Origin: Amoebophrya sp. A120
Taxonomy: Eukaryota; Protista; Dinoflagellata
DNA length: 64,000 nt
Direction: 5' to 3'
Assembly (NCBI GenBank): GCA_905178155.1
Contig: CAJINV010000009.1
Location: forward strand, 1,485,907-1,549,906
The translations under genes were made by a program, and so were the position numbers. Of the stretch, positions 23,431 through 36,700 are shown piece after piece. Position 1 is the stretch's first letter, and each line of letters starts with the position of its first letter. The notes under the pieces were generated by a model. It had not been told where the DNA came from, did no database searches, and saw only the letters and a list, made by a program, of their open reading frames with translations.

Positions 23431-24940
23431 ATGGCGTCTCAGGTCCAGGATATGCAACCTTGTTTGCGGCCATGCAACTGGGCCGAATTTCGGTCCAAGT
23501 ATGGAGTCGATCCCATGAATACGGCGTCGGAACAAGAGCTCATGCCTCTTGTGCAGCAGCGGGGAATCGAAGCGATGAAGCGCTACGACGTTGCCATGAC
23601 GCTTTATTACGGTCTAGATGTCGTACTCGGAGGAGCCGACTTCCTCGCGAAGAAACTCGCTTCGCAGCAAGGAGATGGGCCCCTGGATTTCACGATCCAC
23701 CTCGTGGGGTGCGAGATTGAGCTCATGTTCCTGAAGGATATCAAGAAGTTCGTGATGGACGAAATCGAGCGGCAGTGGAGTGCGAGATTGGGGCGGCAGG
23801 TGAAGTTGCATGTCGTTCTTTTCTGCGCGCCGAACAACGCTGCAAGCAACATACCCCCCGACGTCGTGCGCGACATCCTGGCCGGCGACCTACCCCCAGG
23901 AGTGAGTGGACATGAAGCGTTGTGGCAGGATCTTGTCGGGGGCGGTGGCAGCAGCCGGCTCCCGTTTCCGGACGTCGCCTTCTGTCTGAATGCGGGTTTC
24001 GGAGGGGGTTATGTCGAGTGGGGTGGCGCGCTCGAGCTGTTTCGGGATCAGCGCATTCCTGTGATTGCGACCGACTACACGGCCTATTCGGCACTGCGCT
24101 CGCTGCATCTTCTTTCCTCTGCCTACACGTGCGCGAACTACCTGCCGTGCGTTTTGAATCCCTTTCGCAAACTAAAAGGGCCAACGCCCCCAGACCAGTT
24201 TCATCTCACGGGCGAAAGGGAGCTCGTTTATCAGAACTACCTCTTCGGCATCAACTTGCAATCAACGCCACAGCTGATCCACACCTATCGCGACTACAAT
24301 TCCCCGGGTGAGCTGCTTCGTGTGCCGAAACCCCCACAAGCAAACGAGGTGGTCATGTCGTTTTCCTCCGATTCACGCAAATGCTTCTTCCACGAGAAAA
24401 ACAACGAAACTGCAGTCGCCGAAAGCAAATCTCCTGCCGCCGTGGAAGTGCTACACCTGAATAGCAAGACGTACATGATGGTGCATGATTGTATCTTCGA
24501 CGCCGATTCGGGACGAGCAGCGGCGTACTTACTAAGGGGCTTTGAAGCCACCGCTGTGCCGCTCAAAGCATTGCCGGATGATCTGCGACTCAGGTGAGCT
24601 TCATATGGACTTACTTCCTTTTCAGTATATGTTTAGACTGACTGTCATCGTCAGCGGCATGAATGCAAAATTAATAGAAGCAAACAATCAGAAAAACCGA
24701 AACTTCGTCATCTTCTAGGATTATCAGGGTTTGCTAAAAAAAATATTTCCTACCCCATCACCGCTGCGCAGGTCTGGCACACTTTGCCGCATTGTTGGTC
24801 TGCAGTCGGAGGACGGAAAGAAGCACAATAACAGAACCGGGATGATTGTAGACTTCCGGGAGGAAAAAGGTCGGTACATTGTCCACTTTGGTGGCGTAAA
24901 CGACACCGTTTCCGTGAAGATTGCGAACATCGTAGTCTAG
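23431..24940 (+). CDS. MSS51/MYND-type methyltransferase-fold protein with a short C-terminal SH3/KOW-like domain. Exons 23431-24593 and 24772-24940
   Basis: Motifs IHLVGCEIE, PDVAFCLNAGF, ATDYT and NPF, as seen in MSS51 C-terminal-like domains. GT-AG intron 24594-24771 joins in frame to SGTLCRIVGLQSEDGKKHNNRTGMIVDF. Confidence 0.6.
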
Positions 24941-25885
24941 GCGGAGATAGTCCCGCAACTTCGCCAGAGCTAAGGAAGGAAACACAAGACTTTCTACCTC
25001 TCTCAACGAACTCGGAAGGATGTTTGCGACTTAATTTTTTGATTACATCATCAAACAGTGTCACTTTAGTTTTAGTGTTGGTGTTTCTGCTTGGGTCTGC
25101 CTCATCGCTACATTTTTTTGCTGATTTATGACGAAGCACGAGCGCCATCCTCTTTCCTATTCATTCACTGTGATTCCAAAGTTAAGACAAGGAATCTTTC
25201 CTTGGACTTCTATTGCCAAGTCTCTCGATCATGCGGGATTCGCGGCGAGGATTCCTTTTCTATCAGAAGACTGTTTTTTTTTGCTGTAAGTTCTCGACGG
25301 GTCTTGCACTTGCTCCAAATTGTTTTTTTTTGCTCCAGGATCAAAGGGCATTTGTATTTGAAGCGACATTAAAACTCCAACTCGAAGAAAGAATATTTTC
25401 CGGGTTCGCACATGGAATCAAGCACATGGACATGTGCACATCAGCGGATAGAATTTTTTCGACTTCAGGTGAAATAAAAGCGACAAAAAATGCAAAAAGT
25501 AAAAACTCTCATGGACTTTACTACTAGTGAAAGCAAGCGTAAGCGATGAACTGATTCGTTGGTCGTTTTGTTGTTGGCTTTTGAAATGGCACGCCAGACA
25601 CACAGTAAATCCGATTGAGTTGGAGAGGCCCTGTCAGAGGGACGTAGGCACGTGTTGTAAGAAGTGAGTGGTGTAGAGAGTTTTCGAGGATTGCGTTTTC
25701 GAAAAGTGGTTCCATGATATGTCGTCAAGTTGGTCTTCCGAACGGAGCGTTTTTGTTAGTTGCAACGTAAAACAGTGGAAAATTGAGGAGCCTCACACCA
25801 CGACGCGACCCAGAACCAGAAGTGATGGCTTTGTCATGAGTAGAAAAAAGAACAGACGGCCGCTGCTTCATCTGCATGGTTCAAG

Positions 25886-27487
25886 ATGATCGCTACTCTA
25901 CTGACTCGTGCGGATGCAGCCCTGTACCAGTCTCCTTTGGCGGGGAAATTCATCTCCACAAGGAGTTTCAGCACGCGCGTCGCTGTCAAGACCAACGAGT
26001 ACGATGTTGTCATTGTCGGGGCGGGCGTCATCGGTTCCTCCACCGCGTTGCACCTGTCGAAAAAACTGGCGTCGAAGAAAACCCCGACTCGTATTCTCGT
26101 CGTGGACCGAAGAAGCGAAATCGCCGCCGAGCAGTCCAGCAAGTCATGGGGCTTCGTGCGCGTGCAGGGTCGGGACTACCGAGAAATCCCGCTGATGCTC
26201 GAGGCGAGGGATTTCTGGAAGAACCTCGGCGCGGAGGTCCAGTGGCAGCAGACGGGGCACATTGCGTTATACGACAGAGCCGATGCGCAGAAGGCGGGCC
26301 GAGTGAGGAACTGGGCTGAATACGCAATTCAGCACTTTGGAGTCAAGTACGAGATCCTGAACGAAGGGACGACAAGGCAAGAAACGCAAGACGCACGAGA
26401 TGAGCTCCACAAATTGCTGCCAACCTTACGAAACCCAGGTCAATACGGGGCGTGTTTCACACCAGAAGACGGGAACATTGATCCGAGGCTGGGGACGGAG
26501 GCGCTGGCAAAGAGAGCGCAGAGCGGAGGGGCGAGCTCCTCCTGTAGTGTCGAGTTTCGACTGAATACAGAAGTGCAGGGAGTTTCACAGGACCACAATG
26601 CACGAATCTCCCTGAAGCTCGGAACAACTCCTACCGCGACAGAGCGTATCACTGCGAAATCTCTTGTGATCGCGACTGCCGGGTGGGCGCCCGAGTTTCT
26701 GCGCGCCAACAAGCTTCCTACGTACCCGAGCCTGCGGCTGCACGCGAGTGCGGGGGAGTTGATGATGAAAAATACCGACAACCTCAAAAGCGAGACCGAC
26801 CACCCGACGGTCTGGTACCATGGGTTGTCTTTCCGAAAACACAAGCACATAGCAAGCTCCCCTTCACAGAATAAATCGGCTGCGAGCAGTTCCTTCACTT
26901 TTACTTTCGCAGACGGGGGCGCCGCGGAGGAACACGACTTTGGCTTGGAATCCGTCCTGTACGGCTGGCGATTTCTCCCGCACCTGAAGGACTTTTACAG
27001 TCAGACGAATCTGAAGTTTCGCCCGGAAAGCTTCCCGTCACCAAGGATAGACAAGTGCCCGGACGCGAATGAGAAACGACTGGAGAAGGCAGTGGCTAAG
27101 TATCGGAACATGTTTGGAGTACTACACGGAAGCACTAGTGGAGCGCAAACGCCGCCGGTCATCGAAATGTCGAAATCTTGGGCCGGTTGGATCGACATCA
27201 CGCCAGATATGATCCCGGTGATAGACTACGTACCAACGAAAGAAGATTATCGCAAAAATACAACCAGCAACATTGTCATCTCCTCTGGGTACAGCGGTCA
27301 TGGGCTCGGACTAGCACCAGCCGCAGGGCGACTGACCGCTGATTTGGTCGTGGCAAGTTTGATGCCAACTGGCACTCCAGATGAAATGGAGTCTTTGAAT
27401 GTTGAAAAGGTAAAAGAGGAAGCATACCCATTCAGATTTTCCAGGTTCCAAGAACAGTGGTTTCATTCTATTCAGAGTTTAGTTTAG
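25886..27487 (+). CDS. FAD-dependent oxidoreductase, DAO/sarcosine-oxidase-like (DadA family), with a probable mitochondrial presequence
   Basis: Rossmann motif YDVVIVGAGVIGSSTALHL, QSSKSWGFVR, WAGWIDITPDMIPVID and GYSGHGLGLAPAAGRLTADL. Confidence 0.9.
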   Translation: MIATLLTRADAALYQSPLAGKFISTRSFSTRVAVKTNEYDVVIVGAGVIGSSTALHLSKKLASKKTPTRILVVDRRSEIAAEQSSKSWGFVRVQGRDYREIPLMLEARDFWKNLGAEVQWQQTGHIALYDRADAQKAGRVRNWAEYAIQHFGVKYEILNEGTTRQETQDARDELHKLLPTLRNPGQYGACFTPEDGNIDPRLGTEALAKRAQSGGASSSCSVEFRLNTEVQGVSQDHNARISLKLGTTPTATERITAKSLVIATAGWAPEFLRANKLPTYPSLRLHASAGELMMKNTDNLKSETDHPTVWYHGLSFRKHKHIASSPSQNKSAASSSFTFTFADGGAAEEHDFGLESVLYGWRFLPHLKDFYSQTNLKFRPESFPSPRIDKCPDANEKRLEKAVAKYRNMFGVLHGSTSGAQTPPVIEMSKSWAGWIDITPDMIPVIDYVPTKEDYRKNTTSNIVISSGYSGHGLGLAPAAGRLTADLVVASLMPTGTPDEMESLNVEKVKEEAYPFRFSRFQEQWFHSIQSLV

Positions 27488-28261
27488 GCTAGGACTTTCA
27501 CCAAACGAGTTGGATTTTTGGTTTCGATGTTGTTTGGCTGGTGCGTTTTTGTGCATAGTTGTACAGCCTTCAAGAGTTTTTGCTTGCTGTTGATGTGCAG
27601 ATCTTTCCACAATTTTGCAAAGTGAGGATTTGATGTTGTTGTTTCCAGTGCCACAAACAAGAAGTGTAAGTGACCCAACGGTGGTCTGCGTCGAGCAGTT
27701 TGAGCCAAGAAAACGAAGTGACGAAATTTGGATGTTGCCTCAAGGTCGTTGCACTGACGAAGCAGGTCCCTATGCTGCAGGATCATGGTAAGGTTCACAT
27801 TGAAGATCACTACTTTCACACCAGCTACAGATGCTTACTTCTGCACAGAAAAGCCTAGTACGCACCAGATCCCGTGAAACTTTCGATCACCGAAAGAAAA
27901 AGAAAAGAAATGCAGGCGCGCTCCGAAACAACAACAAGCGATCCGTAATTGTGAAGCTCCGGAATACATGAAGAAGACAGATAAAGCTCCATTTGATCAG
28001 CGTCCGACATGCTAAAGCCCGCATGCGTTTGAGATCCTGTCCTTTACACCTGTTAGCGGAATGATGATCTTGTTCGTCAATTTCATTTTGTCCATACGGA
28101 TTCCGCCAGGAAACTGACTGTTAGCGACTTCATCTCTGTCTTCATAGTGGCTTCTTAGCTACATCCATAGTGATCTTTGTCAAAACGCAAGTTTTCATGC
28201 AGATTCGGATTCGCATTTTCCAGTGTCAGTACCTGTAGCTAGGACAACATTTTGCCACAAT

Positions 28262-30082
28262 ATGACGGCAATGAAGAAGGCAAAAAAGCGACCCGCACCT
28301 TATTGCGATTCGGGGGTAGCTGAGAAGGAAGCAAAAAGCCCAGCCGCTACTGAGGAGCCAGTTGCGGTGAAGCCACTGGGACGTTTCCTCGGAAAAGTGC
28401 ACGAAATCGAAGAGGCAGAGAAGAATCAGGCACAAGATCCAGCACCAACCAAAGAAAATGTGCCAGCTGAGGAGCAGCCCAAGAAGAAAGTAAAAAAGAG
28501 CAAAGCCTCGGAAAAAGAACCAGAAACCCCGGGAAACACGGATGCCTCCACCGTAGCAGAGGACGACCATGTAGTTGCTGCTGCAGTGAAACAAGACGAG
28601 CCGACAAAAAAGGTTAAAACTGTCGAAGCTCCGGTCGACGAAAATCTCCCCGATGAAGATCCTGCGCCCTACCCGTATGAAGCGGACGTCGCCGACCATT
28701 TCGAAACGCCACGAGAGGCGTATCAGGACTTGAAATCTATTCTGGATTTTTACATCAAGCAGACACACAACAGGTGCTTGCTCGGCTCCGACGACCGAAA
28801 TGCGAAGATCACGATCTACGACCCCTACTACTGCAAGGGAAACGCGAAGAGAAAGTTGACCGAGGTAATGAATAGCACTGCAATATCTACAACTCCAGAC
28901 GACGCAGAAGACGAAGACAAAGTAGAAGGCGAGGAAGTAAACGAGAAAACGATGGAAAAGCGCAAAAAGGACGAGCAGCGACACACTAAGCCCCCGGTCG
29001 AAGTGGTGAATCAGAAGCGCGATTTCTACAAAGATCTGGAAGAAAAAAATCTCCCAAAACACGACATTCTCGTCACAAATCCGCCCTTTTCCGCGGATCA
29101 CAAGAACAAACTTTTCGACTACATCTATGACGAGGCGGTGAAATGTGAAAAGGAAAAGCGCGACACAAAGCCCTGGTGCGTCTTGCTGCCTTCCTGGACC
29201 TGCTCGAAAAAATTCTACAGGCGATTTTTGTTCAAACTCAGCGCCGTGGTGGAGGAGAGGAAAAACCGGGTGAAGGAGCAGAAGAAAAAGAAGAAAGCGG
29301 AGCAGGGGAAGAAGGTCACAGATTCTTCAGCTGGAGCCGAGCAGAATGAGACAAAGAACTCCGATGACGCCAGTAGCAATAACATGAAAAACGCTGTTGC
29401 AGCAGAAAACAAGTTTGACGAGTTCGACGCAACCTCAGAGCGGAAAGCCGAAGTCTTTTACATTGCGCCAAGGAAGAAGTACGAATTCCAGCACGATTTC
29501 AACGCCAGCAACACGAAGTCCGCACCGTTCTTCGGGCTGTGGATTTGTGGCGGATTCAAGAATTATACCGGCTATGCGGATAAGTTCGGCGGAAAAAAGC
29601 TGACGCTAGACCTGAAGGGCCTGCAAGACCAAAAGCTCGCGAGGACGCGCGAAGATGTGCAGAAGCGGCAGGAACTGAACCCAAATCAAAAGTGGCGGGC
29701 GGAGAAGTTCGGCGGCAAGAACGCAAAAGGAAACGGCAAGGGGAAAGCCAAAGGAGTAGCGAAGGGACAAAAAGGAGCAGACTCTTCGTCGCAGGGAGGC
29801 AAAGCGAAAGCTGGCCAAAAGGGTGTCAAAAAGGACAACGACAAGAAAGCCACGGAGGGCAAAGGAACGACGAAAATTGAGGCAGGAAAAGTGGAAGCTA
29901 CAAAAAGCACAGAAGCTGTGCCTTCCACGAAAGAAGCGAGTACAGCTTCCACCCCTGCTGCCGGCACGGCGGCTCCGAAGGTCGACAAGGCGAATATTAT
30001 CTGTCGCCACTTTCAATCGGCAGCAGGTTGCAGTCGTGGGGACAAATGCAAATTCAGACATGTTAAGGCGGATGCTGAATAG
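28262..30082 (+). CDS. Putative N6-adenine methyltransferase (NPPF) with a C-terminal CCCH zinc finger
   Basis: DHFETP, IYDPYYCKG (motif I-like), DILVTNPPFS (motif IV), K-rich linkers and CRHFQSAAGCSRGDKCKFRH (C-x8-C-x5-C-x3-H). Confidence 0.75.
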   Translation: MTAMKKAKKRPAPYCDSGVAEKEAKSPAATEEPVAVKPLGRFLGKVHEIEEAEKNQAQDPAPTKENVPAEEQPKKKVKKSKASEKEPETPGNTDASTVAEDDHVVAAAVKQDEPTKKVKTVEAPVDENLPDEDPAPYPYEADVADHFETPREAYQDLKSILDFYIKQTHNRCLLGSDDRNAKITIYDPYYCKGNAKRKLTEVMNSTAISTTPDDAEDEDKVEGEEVNEKTMEKRKKDEQRHTKPPVEVVNQKRDFYKDLEEKNLPKHDILVTNPPFSADHKNKLFDYIYDEAVKCEKEKRDTKPWCVLLPSWTCSKKFYRRFLFKLSAVVEERKNRVKEQKKKKKAEQGKKVTDSSAGAEQNETKNSDDASSNNMKNAVAAENKFDEFDATSERKAEVFYIAPRKKYEFQHDFNASNTKSAPFFGLWICGGFKNYTGYADKFGGKKLTLDLKGLQDQKLARTREDVQKRQELNPNQKWRAEKFGGKNAKGNGKGKAKGVAKGQKGADSSSQGGKAKAGQKGVKKDNDKKATEGKGTTKIEAGKVEATKSTEAVPSTKEASTASTPAAGTAAPKVDKANIICRHFQSAAGCSRGDKCKFRHVKADAE

Positions 30083-30747
30083 ATAGGAAAGCGCAAACTG
30101 TATTTCTCTGCCTATCAAGTTCGAACGTGCTATGCAGGACTAGTTGAAGAATTTTACGCACGTTTCGGAATCTCGGGCCGCACGGGTAATTTAGACCCTG
30201 AATTTGCAACTGGTTACTTATTTTGCTGATGTTCTCGATCTAAGTGGTAGTTTTGTCTGAATCGCAACTCCGTTTCGTTTTTGTTCGTGGTGCGATGGCA
30301 GGTTCTGGAACCATTTTCCTTTCCTTTTCACACCAGCTTTAAGAGATTTCGGCACCGCTGCCATCCAAACGGTTTTCACGAACACTTTTCGTTGCCACTT
30401 CGATCTCTCTTTTGCTTCTCACAGCAAATTGTTGATGATGAAGATGGTTTTCTGCAAGTTCAGAGCTATCTCTATCGGTACGGTCTGCCCCTTGAGAATG
30501 TCAGAAAAGTCTTTGGAGTCGGTCAAAAAGACACAAAATCGGTAATTTTTTTCCTTGTTTTGTTTCGTGGTGTCGGAACGATGCGCTACGTGAAGGCTTG
30601 GTGATCATCCCGGAACACCTCCTCGTTCATCAGCCAAGGGTAGCAAGCAGTTGCTTATTTCTTCATAAAACTTTCTTTTTGCATCAGCGCTACTACGCAT
30701 GATCATGTGAAAGCTGTGTGCTATTATTTTTTACGTTTACGAGTAAA

Positions 30748-33700
30748 ATGCTGTCATCTTCTGTCGTAGCGAGCTCAACCAGGGCAACTCGGCGTCGTGT
30801 ACGCGCCGGAGTTCTGCGAACGGGAAAGTCGCACACGTGTCGGTGGGCTAAGTGGCACGCATTCTCTACGAACGTTCCTGGTCCCCGGAAAAGCCGAACA
30901 CCCGCGGTCGACGATGCTGTCTTTGGGTTCGATGCAGTCGAAGCGCGAAAAAGGAGCAAAGCGTCGACGATTGGACAGGGAATGTTTGGAAGCCATAACA
31001 AAAACGCCCCACGCGAAAAGAAACCGGGCACGGACGGGGCGGGAGCGGACCAAGAAAACGATATTTTTGTCAATCCAGATTCATCTTCAAACATCCCGGG
31101 CGGGAAGAGCCGGCGCGCCTTTCACATAAGTAGCGAAGGCAGCATGAAGCCCGCACTTGATGCGAATTCGCATCTCGAGGCGTTGGCCCAGCAGCAACGG
31201 GATAGCAGATCCGCAGGAAAAGTGCGGCAGCGGTATCTTGGAACTCAACCTGACAGCACAAACAGGAGTCGAATCGGTAATAACGACCGAACGCCTGCGA
31301 GCGGTAGCAGCGCTGCGAGTGAACCACGGAGCGCGGCAGCTAGCGGCGCCGCAAGCTCCTCGGCAGCCGCCGCAGCTGTGACACTGGAGGGAAAAACTGC
31401 TTTTTCCTCGACGGTGGCCGTGAATAAGGCGCACCAAAAACGCATGCAGGAAATGGAGGCTCGGGAGCAAAAGCTTACATCGCAGCACCGAGCCTTGCTC
31501 GACCAGTTTTCAGCGGTGGGATATTTTTTTTTCGGGCTATGAAGAAGTAGCTTTCCTTGAATATTGCAAAAGTGCAGAGCGAGATTGCCGCCATCAAACA
31601 GAATTTTTGGCACGTTGTGCTCATGATTTGAATTTGGAAACCAAAACCTTCAGCTTCGCGCCCGTCTGGCAGTATTGGAAAAGGAGAACGAGATCGCGAT
31701 CGAGGAAAAAGTGGAATGGCAGCAGGAACGCGCGTGTTTGCTGCACCAGAGTGCCGTGTACCGGCGCCAGTTCGAGGAGCTACAGGAGGAAAGGAAAGCA
31801 CAGGAAGAAAAACTCGCTTTCGAACGCGAAACGCTACGAGCTCTGGCCACCGAAGAACTTCTACCGATTGCTGCGGACTTCGCGGAAGAGACCGTGGACC
31901 GGGAAGAACCAGAGCAGAATCAAGTCAGCGCAGTCGAAGCAAAGAATCTCAAAACTGACGAAGACCGATCGCTCTTGTCTCCGTCTGGGCCAACATCGGC
32001 AACGGATGTACCAGCGCAAGCAGGAGGACAAGCTCCTTCTAGTGCTGCCTCGCATGATCCAAGCTGCAAGAACTTTTTGTCCTCTACTTCACCGGCAGCT
32101 GCGGCGGCATCCTCCGTGAATATGAGGGCACAGCAGAAGGAGGAACAAGTTGGCGATTCTACAGACCCTGTAGTAAGTCGACAACTCTCCATGGCTTCAG
32201 TGAAGATGTCCTCAACCAGAGACAGCAACATCGATGCGATTGCCAAACTGTTTGAAAGTTTGCGCGATCGCGCCGTGGAAACAGAACGGCTACTGCAGGA
32301 GGTCATCGACGGCGATTTGCATACTAGCGTTGGCGAAGGAAATTCAAGCGCGGCGCTGCAAGCTGGAACAGATGTTGCTGACGTAGAAAGCAAGGGACCT
32401 CCCAGCGCAAGAAGTGCAACGAGAAAATCAGAATTAGGCGTTCCTCCGGCAGACCTGCGAATGCGGCTAGCGACTCTGCGTTCGCAACGCGCACCCCTAA
32501 ATTCACTGAAAAGTGCCTTCGAACTGGTAGCCGGACTGAACAAAGATGCTTCCGTACACGGTACTAGCCCTTCGGCACAGGTGGTGCAGACCGACTCTTC
32601 TAACCCCGAGCAAGCTCCGACAGAGCTGCGACTCAGCCGGCTCATCGAGGAAGTGTCCGCGAAGAAGCAGGCAGCAGCCGACCAGAAAGTGCTGCGCATG
32701 CTCGACCAGGCGGAAAGCGAGAAAGAGGAGTTGATGAATCAGATTGCTCGATTGGAAACAGAGGTTGTAAGAAGTTCCAGAACGACCACGACCAATTCCA
32801 GTGCTGCGTCCGTTCTGGGTGGGAGCGCTATCATCAACACCGGTGCTCAGAGAAGCGAAGCCGATTCCCTGGAAGAGCTTTTGCGCCAAGAGCTGGCGGA
32901 CACGCGGGAAGAAGCGGAGCTGGAGAGAGCTTTGCGGGAGACGCAGGAAGTAGAGCTGGGAACAAGTAGTACTGGTGTTTTGACCGCGGGCAGTAAGGAA
33001 AGCGAACAAGAAAACAGAACTGTGCCTTCGCTCGGAAACTCCGAGCCCTCCGGTTCTACTCGGGGGAAGTCAAAAGCCTATAGTGCTGAAGATACAGGTG
33101 CCATTTCTGGGACGGGTAACAAGGAGCAATTCCATGGTGTTGATCAAGGAATATCCTTGCGTTCCGATGCAGAGGCATCTTCCCACATCGAGTCCAAACT
33201 TGCAATGCAGCGACACGAACTGGAAATACAGCATGCAAGAGAGTTGGAAGAAGTGATGCTCCTATCGGGAGAATTCAAACAACGAGCTCTCGGGCAGAAC
33301 CAGCGCGTTGACATTCTCAGACTCTTGAAGGGATTGCTGAAAAGCCGAAAGGCAGAGCGAACTACGTCAGGATCATCAAATCACGGTGCTCGCACGGAAG
33401 GAGAACGAGAAGCCAAGGTTGAGCTGACTGGTATAGATGCTGAGAAGAGCTCTACGGGAAAAATGGACGAGATAACAAGTTACGCTCGTCAAAAGGCTCT
33501 CGACAATACGACCAATACTTCTATCAGCAGCGCCAAGACGACAAGAAGTACAAGTAGCAGCACTGCCGCACCATCGAATGTTCCTGCCGTCGCTGAACTG
33601 TTGGAGATAGAAAAACGGAAGTCAGAAGAACTCCAGGGAAGACTGCAGGAGGAGAAAGCGCGCTACGAGTATGAGAAATCCTGGATGTTGGAGCAAATGG

Positions 33701-36700
33701 TGGCGAAGAGGCACAGGGATCTGCTGACCAGTTTGTTTGACAAAAGCAAGATTGCATCTGGACATCATTTATTGCTGGACAAGACAGAGAAAGTAGAAGC
33801 AGGAGAACAGTCCGGCGCAGATCTTCTCGCTAGAAGTTCTTCTTCGACGTCCTCTTCCTCGACTGTCGCATGGCAGCTGAAACTTACCGCAGCCGAAGCA
33901 AACGGAAACTTTGCAGACGTCGCAATTCTGCTCTCGCAAAGAGCATCGGTGTGGCTGCAGCGAAATTTCCGAGGCGGTGAGACTTTCGAGGTGGTGAAAA
34001 GGAACGTGACTGGTGGGAAGGAGCAGACCGTGCGGAAACCCATTTGGCAGAAATACTTGGTCCGCGCGCGGCCTGCAGCGCGTTCTGGTCAGACGGCAGA
34101 CGGTGCTAATCTTTCGAATCGAATTAGCAAGCTTTTGCACTTCCTTCCGCCGGCGCTGTTGGTGTCCTGGGTTCGCGGATTATCCGTGGCGGACGCACCT
34201 CTGACCTACACACTGCTGCTGAATTTTGTCAGCCGCCAGACGCAACGAGCACAACCAAGCGCAAGTGCTGGTTCCTCGAGTGAACAACTCTCTCCGAGCA
34301 CGAGCGGCACACTTTGCGGCCTCGTGGATCTCTTAGCGCAAGCGGGCGCTTTCCACCGGCTAGCATCAATCTCGCGTGACAAGGCCCCATTTCCAATGGA
34401 ATTCTCGTCATTGCCGGAGTTTCGAGGGCGTTTGCTAGAGCAGTACGAGCGGACGGTGGTCGTGCATTTGAGCCATCGCACTATTTTAGCAGAGTTGGAG
34501 GCAGCAGCAGCTCCATCTTCGGCAGTGTCTGCCGCTGCGCAAATCTTGGGAAATGAGCACCAGAAGCAGCCGACAAGACCTTCGTCGGGCTGCTACCCGC
34601 GGTTAGAGCTGCTCGAGGCCGTTTACAAGGCAGGAATGGGTCTCATCGGGAACGAATCGGCCTTCCTGCGGATGCGCAGCCAGAATTTCATGCAGGCTTG
34701 TTTGGGATCCCTGTTTCGTACTTTTCTGACGGACTCAGATTTCGAAGTGAATGAAACGGTGTTTTTGCGGCTTAACCTGAGTTCGCCGAAGAAGGTAGTG
34801 GAAGTGCGACAAGTGAACCCAGGCGGAAAAAATGATGCAGTCGATGTCTCGGATGGGGCAGCAAAAGCCGCACAGGACGATGCGGCATCAAGAGAAGAGG
34901 TAAAAGTAGGTGACATACGAGTCAATTAGTTTGGTTGACCATGACCACGACTGTATAGATCAATTGTCGACTTTTTCGGTAGGTTTCATTTCCAATTTCT
35001 CTCGAATGACACCGCAGCTTCTGGAAAGAATTGCATTTGACAGCAAACATGCATTTTCATTTTCTTTCAGGAAAAGGCGACTCCCCCTCCTGCCGCAGCG
35101 GACCCTAGCAAGCACCGAAGTGTTGATGTTGTGCTGGAGTCGCTGAGCACGACCAACAGTGGCGAAAGTGACGAACAGAGTGCAGCGTCCAGTACTACAA
35201 CTACTCGGTTGCGACACAAAGTTCCCGGCATGCAAGTGTACAAGTTGAGAGAGGCACGCTTAGGGGATCCCCAGCGCGCCGAGAAATCATCCGGCATCGA
35301 GCAGCTGCCGCAGCGCCTGGTGTCCCACACCCTGCACGGCTTGGCTTTTTTGGACCAAGTCGCGTCCTCTGTGGAGGCCGGTAACTACCGGAACAAGAAT
35401 CTCTTAGCTGAGCTGGACCTAGAGTACAGCTTCGCTCTGCTCGCGAGGATTGCCATGGACGATGCGGTGCGGCGAGAAAAAGTAGCTGCGCGTTCCGATA
35501 ATGACCGAACGGTGTCACAAGGACAAGTCAACGTCGTGAAGCAGTGGCGCATGATGCATGCCCTGCTGTCGAACGGTGAGAAAGTTCAAAAGGCGTGGCC
35601 AACTTACGACGCAGATCTCAGAGATGCTGTGAGCAAAATGGCGCGGCAGCAGGGCAGGGATGAACAGAGTGTGCTGTCAAATAAAACAAATGAAGATAAA
35701 AATTCGGAAGCAGAGCAAGGAAACGCCGCAGTCAATTCCGCCGAAAGCTGCGACACTACGGGAAATGAATCTGTGCAGGAGCAGAAAGCACTGACAACTC
35801 CAGTATACGTTGATGATCGAACGCGACGGTTTCTTTTTTTGCCTTCGGTAGACGCGAGTGGCTCCTCCCCGCAGAATGTTCTGCTCCACCCTCTCGATCC
35901 GCAGGCCGCTGAATTTCAGCGAGCCGCGTTGCTGCACCGTGCGATCGCGCAGGAGAAGGAGAGTCTCAGAAGGGAACAAGAACTGGAGGCAAAGCAACGG
36001 AGGCTCGACCAGGAACGACAAGAGTTTGAAGAAGAAAAATCCCTGTTCGAAGAGGAGCAGAAGGACCCAATTCTCGCTCGGAATGCGGAACTCGAAGAGG
36101 CCATCAGCGAGGCGTACACGCAGTCGGAACAGTACGGCGAGGAGATTTTCCACTTGGCCACTGAGTTGACAACCAGCTCGACGAAATTGGAAAAGTTGAA
36201 GTCCAGGGATGACTCCGAGCTGGTGAAGGCGAAAAGAGAAGTTGCGGAGTTGAAGAAAAAACAAGCCGAATACGAAGAAAAAATCGTGGAGAAAGCAGCC
36301 CTGATCGTCCAGGAGGAAGTGAAGTTGGCGAAGCAAGAGTGGGAACGGAGTCATTTGTTCGAACAGAACAAACGAGACGGAAACAACACGCAACCTTCTG
36401 GCGGTCACCAGCACAAGAAGGATCGTGCATCTTTCCCATCGACGTTCGAAACAAATGCGAGGATGTTCAGGAACAACCCAAGGTACTATCGGGACGGCTC
36501 GGATTCAACCTCACCTTTTACCGCACCAAGAGTGCAGAACACTCGAACAGCGAACGACAGTGGAGGCGATCCAGCGGGCCAGAAAGAGCTAAGTTTTGTT
36601 GGAAGTCGTCCGGTTCTGTGCTCGTCAAAAAGTGAGGAGGTTATACAAGCGCTGCAGAGGATAGACGAAGCGGAAAAAACCAATAGCAGTGTCGATGGCA

